Assembly: GCA_031960885.1 (NCBI GenBank)
Contig: JAVRLY010000029.1
Span: forward strand, 1-13,205
Reading direction: 5' to 3'
DNA length: 13,205 nucleotides
Source: Desulfurella sp.
Lineage (GTDB): Bacteria > Campylobacterota_A > Desulfurellia > Desulfurellales > Desulfurellaceae
Shown: piece by piece, positions 1 to 8,564 of the stretch
Layout: the number at the start of each line of letters is the position of its first letter
How positions within the stretch are numbered: position 1 is the stretch's first letter
The notes under the pieces: generated by a model
The model's database searches: none
The model's input: the letters and a program-made list of their open reading frames with translations, nothing else
What the model was told of the DNA's origin: nothing
Program-made: the position numbers and the translations under genes

Positions 1-110
1 ATATCTGCTTCATCCCAACCAAGCCAAATAAATTTATGACCAGCTTCTTCATACAAAACTTCACCATTTGCTATATTTACCTGTTCATTGGAAAGATTAA
101 TATAACCCAC
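1..110 (-). CDS. 5' end of a gene truncated by the window edge; possibly an MBL-fold metallohydrolase / ODP-like (oxygen-binding di-iron) protein
   Basis: Not in the ORF track. By hand: GTG at 110-108 preceded by GGAGGT (121-116), open to the edge: MGYINLSNEQVNIANGEVLYEEAGHKFIWLGWDEAD. The LYEExGHKFIWLGWDE segment resembles my recollection of ODP/FprA-like MBL N-termini. The catalytic motifs are outside the window, so the product call is weak. Confidence 0.55.
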   Translation of the reverse strand, partial: MGYINLSNEQVNIANGEVLYEEAGHKFIWLGWDEAD

Positions 111-136
111 ACCTAACCTCCATTTTCGTATTTATT

Positions 137-167
137 ATTATATACAATACTAGCTTGTACAAGTCAA
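137..167 (-). promoter_or_regulatory. Candidate sigma70-type promoter for the left-edge gene
   Basis: Minus-strand TTGACT (167-162) followed by TATATA at 17 bp or TATAAT at 19 bp. A perfect palindrome CTTGTACAAG (154-163) overlaps the -35. Confidence 0.4.
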
Positions 168-198
168 TATCTATGAAGACGAAAATAAGTTTAATTTA

Positions 199-232
199 GG
201 AAAGAAAGAAGGGCCTTTAAAAGCCCCTTCTT
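199..232 (-). terminator. Intrinsic terminator of groES-groEL
   Basis: Inverted repeat AAGAAGGG (206-213) / CCCTTCTT (225-232) directly after the groEL stop. The minus-strand RNA continues UCUUUCC after the U-rich 3' arm. Confidence 0.8.
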
Positions 233-234
233 GA

Positions 235-2147
<1,913 letters not shown>

Positions 2148-2164
2148 AAACTCACCTCCCTTTT

Positions 2165-2197
2165 TTATTAGCAGTAAACTAACACTGTTGCTAATAA
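2165..2197. promoter_or_regulatory. CIRCE-like inverted repeat (putative HrcA operator)
   Basis: TTAGCAGTA-N9-TGTTGCTAA at 2168-2194 has the 27-bp geometry of CIRCE (TTAGCACTC-N9-GAGTGCTAA). It extends to a perfect 9-bp IR TTATTAGCA/TGCTAATAA and lies between the predicted promoter and the RBS of groES. Confidence 0.8.
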
Positions 2198-2221
2198 TAC
2201 ACTCAAAATTCAATTTTTCAA
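2194..2221 (-). promoter_or_regulatory. Candidate sigma70-type promoter of groES-groEL
   Basis: Minus-strand TTGAAA (2221-2216), 16 bp spacer, TATTAT (2199-2194). The -10 overlaps the outer arm of the CIRCE-like repeat. Confidence 0.6.
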
Positions 2222-2302
2222 GTCTTAATATTCGATTTTATAAGAACTTATAAAGCATCAAATTAAATTATAAGCAAATAATAGCATTTTTTGATAAAAA
2301 AA

Positions 2303-2335
2303 TTGCTTGCTTTTTTTAGCAATTTAGATTAAATT
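2303..2335 (+). promoter_or_regulatory. Candidate promoter for the argB-led unit
   Basis: TTGCTT (2307-2312), 17 bp, TAAATT (2330-2335); alternatively TTGCTT (2303-2308), 16 bp, TAGATT (2325-2330). The AT-rich context lowers specificity. Confidence 0.4.
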
Positions 2336-2352
2336 AATTAAAAAGGATTTGT

Positions 2353-3198
2353 ATGCAAAAAAGTGAAAAAGGCAAATATTTAGTAGAGTTTCTACCATAT
2401 ATAAAAAAATTTGCAGGTAATACCTTTGTAATTAAGTATGGTGGTTCTGCCATGATTAATGATGAATTAAAAATGGCTTTTTCAAAAGATGTAGCATTGC
2501 TAAAATTTGTTGGAATAAACCCTATTGTAGTCCACGGAGGTGGCAATGAAATTGGTGGAACACTAAAAAAACTTGACATAGCAACCAAATTTCACAAAGG
2601 TTTGCGCATTACAGATGAAAAAACTATGGAAGTGGTTGTCATGGTATTGGCAGGCAAAGTAAATAAAGAGATAGTTCTAAATATAAATCATTTTGGGGGC
2701 AAAGCCATAGGTTTAAGCGGTGTTGATGGCAATATTATAAAAGCAAAAAAAATGCTTCTTGAAGATATAGATTTAGGCCTTGTAGGCGATGTAGATAGTG
2801 TGAACCCCGATGTGCTAATAAGCCTTTCCCAAAATGGATATACGCCTGTTGTTGCGCCAATTGGTTTTGATGATAATGGTACAAGGTATAATATTAATGC
2901 AGATACTGTAGCATCAAGTCTAGCGCAAGCGCTCCAAGCAGAAAAACTCATATATATATCCGATGTAGATGGAGTATTGGACAATAATAATAACTTAATA
3001 AGTGAGATAAAAATAAAAGATATCGACAAGATGATAGATAATGTTTTAACAGGTGGTATGATACCCAAGGTGCTATCTGCAAAAGAAGCTATAGAAAATG
3101 GCGTTAAAAAAGTGCATATTATAAATGGTAAAAAGCCACATGCATTATTAGAAGAAATATTTACTGATGCCGGAATCGGCACACAAATAGTGAGGTAA
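2353..3198 (+). CDS. argB: Acetylglutamate kinase (NAGK)
   Basis: 281 aa; VIKYGGSAM, VVHGGG, GLRITD, YNINADTVA, GGMIPKV and LLEEIFTDAGIGT motifs; RBS AAGGA upstream. Confidence 0.97.
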   Translation: MQKSEKGKYLVEFLPYIKKFAGNTFVIKYGGSAMINDELKMAFSKDVALLKFVGINPIVVHGGGNEIGGTLKKLDIATKFHKGLRITDEKTMEVVVMVLAGKVNKEIVLNINHFGGKAIGLSGVDGNIIKAKKMLLEDIDLGLVGDVDSVNPDVLISLSQNGYTPVVAPIGFDDNGTRYNINADTVASSLAQALQAEKLIYISDVDGVLDNNNNLISEIKIKDIDKMIDNVLTGGMIPKVLSAKEAIENGVKKVHIINGKKPHALLEEIFTDAGIGTQIVR

Positions 3199-3202
3199 AA
3201 AT

Positions 3203-4204
3203 ATGAGCGAATTAAGAAAAGACCCAATCATTGAAAGATGGGTTATAATATCAACTGAGCGAGGCAAAAGGCCACACGATTTCAAACTTGATGAGCAAAT
3301 CAAAATTAGCGGCGGTTTTTGCCCATTTGACCCAGGTAACGAAAAATACGTCCCGCCAGAAATTTATGCTGTAAGATCACCTGGTAGTCAACCCAATGAT
3401 CCCAATTGGACATTGCGTGTTGTACCCAATAAATTTCCAGCTCTTGGTATAGAAGGCGAACTAGATAAACATGGAGTAGGTCTATATGATGCAATGAATG
3501 GCATTGGCGCACATGAAGTTATTATAGAAACGCCTAATCACGCTGAAACAATAGATGCAATGCCCATAGATAGAGTAAAAGATATAGTTTACGCCTATAA
3601 AGCTCGAATAGAAGATTTAAAAAAAGATAAACGTATGAAGTATGTGCTTGTATTTAAAAATTATGGAGCTATAGCTGGAGCAAGTTTAGAGCATTCGCAT
3701 TCACAGTTAATTGCTCTACCAATTATACCCAAAAGGCCTTTGGAGTTATTTTATGGTGCTAAAGAGTACTACTCCTATAAGGATAGATGCATTTTTTGTG
3801 ATATTATAAGGCAAGAGTTAAGCGACAAAGTGCGCTTGATTGAAGAAACAAAGCATTTTATTTCAATAACACCATTTGCATCAAGATCGCCATTTGAAGT
3901 ATCAATAATACCAAAAAAACATAATGCGCATTTTGAATTTGAAGATACAGAAATTTTGTATGATTTTGCATACATTTTACAAAATACACTGAAACGATTA
4001 AAAATAGCTCTCGATAATCCACCGTATAACTTTGTTTTAATTAATGGGGCATTCATTTTTGACCATGATGATTATTTTCACTGGCATTTAGATATTACGC
4101 CCAGACTAACAAAGATAGCTGGTTTTGAGTGGGGCAGTGGATTTTATATTAACCCAACACCACCAGAAGATGCAGCAAAGTATTTAAGAGAAATTGTTCT
4201 TTAG
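3203..4204 (+). CDS. galT: GalT-family nucleotidylyltransferase (galactose-1-phosphate uridylyltransferase-like / ADP-glucose phosphorylase-like)
   Basis: 333 aa; MSELRKDP..RWVIISTERGKRP, CPF-PGNE, VPNKFPAL, GAHEVIIE, catalytic GASLEHSHSQL, FHWH, AGFEWGSG. Family is secure, substrate is uncertain. Confidence 0.88.
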   Translation: MSELRKDPIIERWVIISTERGKRPHDFKLDEQIKISGGFCPFDPGNEKYVPPEIYAVRSPGSQPNDPNWTLRVVPNKFPALGIEGELDKHGVGLYDAMNGIGAHEVIIETPNHAETIDAMPIDRVKDIVYAYKARIEDLKKDKRMKYVLVFKNYGAIAGASLEHSHSQLIALPIIPKRPLELFYGAKEYYSYKDRCIFCDIIRQELSDKVRLIEETKHFISITPFASRSPFEVSIIPKKHNAHFEFEDTEILYDFAYILQNTLKRLKIALDNPPYNFVLINGAFIFDHDDYFHWHLDITPRLTKIAGFEWGSGFYINPTPPEDAAKYLREIVL

Positions 4205-4213
4205 GAGGCACAA

Positions 4214-5635
4214 ATGAACGTAGTACTGACTTCAAGCGAAGTTTTCCCTTTTTCTAAAACAGGAGGATTGGCTGATGTAGCAGGCGCATTACCAAAAGCA
4301 TTAGCCCAAAATGGTTTAGAAGTTAGCGTATTTAGCCCGCTTTACAAATCAGTTGATAGGTCTAGCTTAACTATTGCAGCAGATACAAATATTGATTTTA
4401 ACAACCAAAAAATAAGCACAAGACTATACAAAACCACCATAGATAATTGTTCTTTTTATTTTGTTGAACACCAAGAATACTTTAACAGAGACCATTTGTA
4501 TGGTATTGGCGCAAAAGACTATGAAGATAATGCCCTAAGGTTTGGTTTTTTTTCAAAAGCAGTATTGGATAGCATCATTGCACTTGGTATAAAACCAGAT
4601 ATTATACACACAAATGATTGGCAATCTGCATTGGTTAATGTGTACTTAAAACTATTTTACAAAAATACATTCGAAAAAACAAAAACTGTATTTACCATAC
4701 ACAACTTAGGTTATCAAGGCATATTTGAGAAATCCTATATGGATAATCTTAGTTTGCCGTGGGATATATTTAGCCTTGATGGGCTTGAGTATTATGACAA
4801 AATTAATTTTCTAAAAGGCGGTATTGTATTTGCAGATGCAGTCAATACAGTTAGCAAAACGTACGCCCAAGAAATACAAACACCAGAATACGGGTTCGGC
4901 TTAGATGGACTGCTAAGAAAGTTTTCTTATAAGCTAAGCGGTATTTTAAACGGTATTGATACAGATGTATGGAACCCAAATAAAGATACGTTTATAGACT
5001 ATAATTTCGATAACCCAAAAGATAAAATCAAAAACAAAAAAGCCCTTCAAAAAGCATTGAATCTGCCAGTTGGTGATATTGCAATGTTTGGTGTAGTATC
5101 AAGGCTTGCTGCTCAAAAAGGCATGGATATATTTGCACAAAGTGCAAAAGAAATACTAAAATCACAAAATGTTCAATTTGTCATTTTGGGTAATGGCGAG
5201 TCAGATATAGAAAATTCTCTAAAGGAATTAGCAAAAAGCTATCCAGATAAAGTATCACTAAACTTAAAATTCGATGAACCACTTGCCCATAAAATTTATG
5301 CTTCAAGTGATTTTTTTGTAATGCCATCAAAATATGAACCATGCGGACTAGGTCAAATGATAGCATATCGGTATGGAACACTTCCAATAGTAAGAGCAAC
5401 GGGGGGCCTTAAAGATACAGTAAAAAATTATTCAGCTAAAGCCAAAAACCCAACAGGTTTTGTGTTTGATAAAAACGATTCTGTAGAGCTTACCAAAACA
5501 CTAAAAAAAGCCATTGACTTATTTAACAAAAAAGATGAATTTTTAAAGATTGCTCAGTATGTAATGCAACTTGATTATTCGTGGAAAAATCAGGCTAAAG
5601 AATATATAAAGTTATACAAGAAAATTTATGGATAA
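4214..5635 (+). CDS. glgA: Glycogen synthase (GT5, ADP-glucose type)
   Basis: 473 aa; PFSKTGGLADV, HTNDWQ, TIHNLGYQG, GILNGID, SRLAAQKG, PSKYEPCGLGQ and TGGLKDTV motifs; RBS AGGAGG at 4203-4208. Confidence 0.97.
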   Translation: MNVVLTSSEVFPFSKTGGLADVAGALPKALAQNGLEVSVFSPLYKSVDRSSLTIAADTNIDFNNQKISTRLYKTTIDNCSFYFVEHQEYFNRDHLYGIGAKDYEDNALRFGFFSKAVLDSIIALGIKPDIIHTNDWQSALVNVYLKLFYKNTFEKTKTVFTIHNLGYQGIFEKSYMDNLSLPWDIFSLDGLEYYDKINFLKGGIVFADAVNTVSKTYAQEIQTPEYGFGLDGLLRKFSYKLSGILNGIDTDVWNPNKDTFIDYNFDNPKDKIKNKKALQKALNLPVGDIAMFGVVSRLAAQKGMDIFAQSAKEILKSQNVQFVILGNGESDIENSLKELAKSYPDKVSLNLKFDEPLAHKIYASSDFFVMPSKYEPCGLGQMIAYRYGTLPIVRATGGLKDTVKNYSAKAKNPTGFVFDKNDSVELTKTLKKAIDLFNKKDEFLKIAQYVMQLDYSWKNQAKEYIKLYKKIYG

Positions 5636-7016
5636 AGATAAGATTGTAGAAGAGTGGAAATTACTATATGAACTTGGCACAGCAATAAGTCTTACAACTG
5701 AATTAAAAAAATTGTTTCATGTTGTATTGACTGCTGTGACCATCGGAGATGGACTTGGTTTTAATAGGGCTGCGATCTTTTTGTACAATAGACCAAACAA
5801 TACAATTGATGGAATACTAGGTGTAGCACCTGATTCTATTCAAGAAGCTACTGTTATATGGGATACACTGAAAAACTTAGACATAAGAGGCAAAATGGCC
5901 TCATGGTTAGTTAATGAGATAAATATAGAAGCGCAGCTAAATTCAAACTTCAATAAAATCATTAGTCAATTTAGAATAAACCTTGAGAAAGACACAATTT
6001 TTAAAAATATTTATCAAAAAGAGGCGTTTATATTTAATTCAAACAATCTTGGTAGTGATGATAAAATTTTTAAAGAACTCAACTTTGAAGAGTTTGCATT
6101 TGCTCCGCTTATATCAAGGGAACAACCAATTGGGGCTATTGTAGCAGATAATTTCTACAATAAGCGCCCTATAACACAAGACGACATCAGCACACTGTTT
6201 TTGTTTTCCAATCAATCCGCTATTGCAATTGAAAATCTGATGGGCGTTGAAACATATAAAAATATGAGCAAACGCCTCATCGAAGAACAACAAAACCTTA
6301 TTCACCAAAAGCACATATTTAATTTAGGTAGAGCAGTAGCAGATATAACTCATGAGATAAAAAATGCACTAATTGGCGCCATAGGTTTTGTGGAAAGGGC
6401 AAAAAAACTTTCTGATACAAATCAACAGACATACAAGTACCTTGAAATTGTAAAAAAAGAGTTAGATAGAGTATACAATTTAACATTAGACATTAATAGG
6501 TACTCTAAAGGTCAAAACAGAAGCGTAAAGAAACAATTTGATTTAGAAAAACTCATACTAGATACCGTAGAAACACTCAAAACCATTGATTCTAAAAATC
6601 AAAACATTAAATTTGAAACCTCTTTGTCTGAATTTGCAAAATATCTATATGGCGACCCAGACCAAATTAAACAAGTATTAATTAATTTAACAAAAAACTC
6701 AATGGAAGCAATATCAAACAAAAAAGATGGTTTAATTAAAATCTCCACTTACAAAGAGGATAAATTTATTGTTATTTCAGTAGAAGATAATGGTGGCGGT
6801 ATTGATGTAAAGTTTTTGCCGTATGTATTTAAGCCATTTTATTCAACAAAATCACATGGTACAGGTTTAGGTTTATCAATAGTTAGAGAAATTGTTCAAG
6901 AACACAATGGTGTAATTAATTTAAATAATTTTGTTGGCAAGGGTGCAAAATTTATCATTAAAATTCCAAATATTACAGAGGAGGAAAAAGATGAAAAAAA
7001 AGATAATGGTGGTTGA
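5628..7016 (+). CDS. Cytoplasmic GAF-domain sensor histidine kinase (HisKA + HATPase)
   Basis: 462 aa; GAF-like N-half (GLGFNRAAIFL, FAFAPLISREQPIGAIVADN, FSNQSAIAIEN); H-box ITHEIKN, N-box QVLINLTKNS, G1 EDNGGGID, F PFYSTK, G2 GTGLGLSI. No obvious transmembrane segment. Overlaps glgA by 8 bp. Confidence 0.93.
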   Translation: MDKDKIVEEWKLLYELGTAISLTTELKKLFHVVLTAVTIGDGLGFNRAAIFLYNRPNNTIDGILGVAPDSIQEATVIWDTLKNLDIRGKMASWLVNEINIEAQLNSNFNKIISQFRINLEKDTIFKNIYQKEAFIFNSNNLGSDDKIFKELNFEEFAFAPLISREQPIGAIVADNFYNKRPITQDDISTLFLFSNQSAIAIENLMGVETYKNMSKRLIEEQQNLIHQKHIFNLGRAVADITHEIKNALIGAIGFVERAKKLSDTNQQTYKYLEIVKKELDRVYNLTLDINRYSKGQNRSVKKQFDLEKLILDTVETLKTIDSKNQNIKFETSLSEFAKYLYGDPDQIKQVLINLTKNSMEAISNKKDGLIKISTYKEDKFIVISVEDNGGGIDVKFLPYVFKPFYSTKSHGTGLGLSIVREIVQEHNGVINLNNFVGKGAKFIIKIPNITEEEKDEKKDNGG

Positions 7017-7350
7017 TGATGAAGATTCTATAAGGTTTTTGTACGAAGAAGAATTAAAAGATGAAAACTATGATGTAGTATCCTATCCTGATGCACAATC
7101 AGCCATTGACGATTTTGAAAAACAAAAGCCTGATTTAGTCTTGTTAGATATAGCAATGCCGAAAATGAGTGGATTAGATGCATTAAGGATATTAAAAGAT
7201 ATGTCGCCAACAACACCAATAATTATGTCTACAGCATACTCGCACTACAAGCAGGATTTTTCTACTTGGATAGCTGATGACTATATTGTTAAATCTCCAG
7301 ATTTAACAGAACTAAAGGAAAAAATAAAAGAACTATTAAATAAATCTTAA
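6991..7350 (+). CDS. Single-domain response regulator (receiver only)
   Basis: 119 aa from MKKKIMVVDDE; acidic pair D9/D10, phospho-acceptor D53 (LLDIAMP), STAY, VKS. Start moved to the ATG at 6991 on the RBS GAGGAGG (6978-6984). Confidence 0.95.
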   Translation: MKKKIMVVDDEDSIRFLYEEELKDENYDVVSYPDAQSAIDDFEKQKPDLVLLDIAMPKMSGLDALRILKDMSPTTPIIMSTAYSHYKQDFSTWIADDYIVKSPDLTELKEKIKELLNKS

Positions 7351-7353
7351 TAG

Positions 7354-7827
7354 TTAATATTCGTGTATGAGTAAATCTTCTATACTATCTTGGTCTTTTG
7401 GTTTAAGTGGGTAATATTTACCTCGAGCAGTAGCTATAATCTGATCATTTTCATTATAAACTGTAGCTTCTGTGAACGCTATTTTGTTTTTGGTATTTAA
7501 CATTTTTGCTACAGTAAATAGATATGTATTTGGTTTTGCAACATTTTTATACTTTATACAAAGCTCTACTGTATAATAAAAAAAATTTGTTTTTACGGTG
7601 GCAGACCAGCCCATTGCTTCATCTGCAATAGCTGAAATCACACCACCATGTATCCTATCTGGATATCCAATATAATGCTCATCTAACAAACAGTTATTGT
7701 ATACAAAATCAGAATCTGTAAAAAACCAAGTTTTTAAACCAAAATCATTTTCATTACCGCAAACCAAACAATTTTTATAACGCGGCAATTTTTTGTGCAA
7801 ACGATAATCAAATATTACCAATGCCAT
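7354..7827 (-). CDS. PaaI-family hotdog-fold thioesterase
   Basis: 157 aa; CLVCGNENDFGL, GYPDRIHGGVISAIADEAMG, TVELCIKY and ATARGKY match the PaaI-type hotdog pattern. Exact start uncertain. Confidence 0.85.
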   Translation of the reverse strand: MALVIFDYRLHKKLPRYKNCLVCGNENDFGLKTWFFTDSDFVYNNCLLDEHYIGYPDRIHGGVISAIADEAMGWSATVKTNFFYYTVELCIKYKNVAKPNTYLFTVAKMLNTKNKIAFTEATVYNENDQIIATARGKYYPLKPKDQDSIEDLLIHEY

Positions 7828-8090
7828 CCCTTATCAAGCAATGTTCGCATAATAGGCAAAACCCTATCATATGTACCTTCAAAATAACCCTTTACGATGC
7901 CATTTTTTGTTAAGTCGTAATTAATGCCTAAATCTTCAAGTTCTTTTCTAACCTGTATTTCATCATGATCATCTACTTCAGCATAAACATCCAAAGTACA
8001 AACGCCTTCCATCGCCCATTTTGCTGCATTGTAAAAACCAAGCAGTCTTTTTTTAGAATCTTGAACACCATGACCATGATCTGAACTCAT
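7815..8090 (-). CDS. Hypothetical protein (91 aa)
   Basis: Strong RBS AAGGAGGAG upstream, 4-bp overlap with the upstream gene and 13-bp overlap with the downstream gene, protein-like composition. No family recognised. Confidence 0.8.
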   Translation of the reverse strand: MSSDHGHGVQDSKKRLLGFYNAAKWAMEGVCTLDVYAEVDDHDEIQVRKELEDLGINYDLTKNGIVKGYFEGTYDRVLPIMRTLLDKGWHW

Positions 8091-8458
8091 TTATCTCCTC
8101 CTTTACTTTTCAAATAATTTTGTATATCTTTTTCAACCAAATAAATACAAAAACCAATTACCAAATCACTATCAATATCTTTATTTAAAATATTACCAAA
8201 CTTCTTGGTTTTTTTTCCAATGGCATAAGATAACAGCACAAATAAAGCAATAAATGTATTTTTTGGCATGCTTCCTTTTCTTTTAAAAAAATCTTTAAGC
8301 AAATTAAATATAACTATAATGTTATCTTTAGAAAATATTAAAAAGTCCAATGGTTGATTTTTAATATATGAAACCTTTTCTTTCAGTAAAGACGCAAATT
8401 CCTCTAAATCGCTTGTCTTAATGAAACTATCAACAATATCCAAAAACTTTTCTTTCAT
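8087..8458 (-). CDS. Hypothetical protein (123 aa)
   Basis: Fills the gap, ATG preceded by GAAGGT, ends in ...KGGDK encoding the next gene's RBS. No family recognised. Confidence 0.75.
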   Translation of the reverse strand: MKEKFLDIVDSFIKTSDLEEFASLLKEKVSYIKNQPLDFLIFSKDNIIVIFNLLKDFFKRKGSMPKNTFIALFVLLSYAIGKKTKKFGNILNKDIDSDLVIGFCIYLVEKDIQNYLKSKGGDK

Positions 8459-8488
8459 AACTCTAACCTTCTATTAAATTCTTTTTCT

Positions 8489-8516
8489 ATGATAGCTAAA
8501 TTTTTGATTTTGTCAA
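8489..8516 (-). promoter_or_regulatory. Candidate sigma70-type promoter of the three-gene minus-strand unit
   Basis: Minus-strand TTGACA (8516-8511), 16 bp, TATCAT (8494-8489), about 30 nt above the start at 8458. Confidence 0.6.
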
Positions 8517-8536
8517 TTATTGTCAAATAAAATTTA

Positions 8537-8564
8537 TTGCAAAATAAAAAAAAGATAGTATAAT
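8537..8564 (+). promoter_or_regulatory. Candidate sigma70-type promoter of the DEAD helicase-typA unit
   Basis: TTGCAA (8537-8542), 16 bp, TATAAT (8559-8564). Implies a 5' leader of about 170 nt. Confidence 0.6.

Noticed and set aside
2148..2213. 22-aa N-terminal extension of GroES in the ORF track
   Set aside because: Runs through the RBS, CIRCE-like site and promoter; the true start is the ATG at 2147.
2216..2222. CTTGAAA as a sigma32 -35 for groESL
   Set aside because: No CCCCAT-type -10 at the expected distance; a sigma70-type TATTAT fits instead.
2334..6314. Minus-strand ORFs 2334-2588, 2688-3227, 3306-3512, 3775-4056, 5181-5399 and 6114-6314
   Set aside because: Antisense to well-supported genes, with no independent coding evidence.
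6931..6990. Longer start for the response regulator, and antisense ORF 7028-7219
   Set aside because: RBS and receiver-domain boundary support 6991; the antisense ORF is a shadow.
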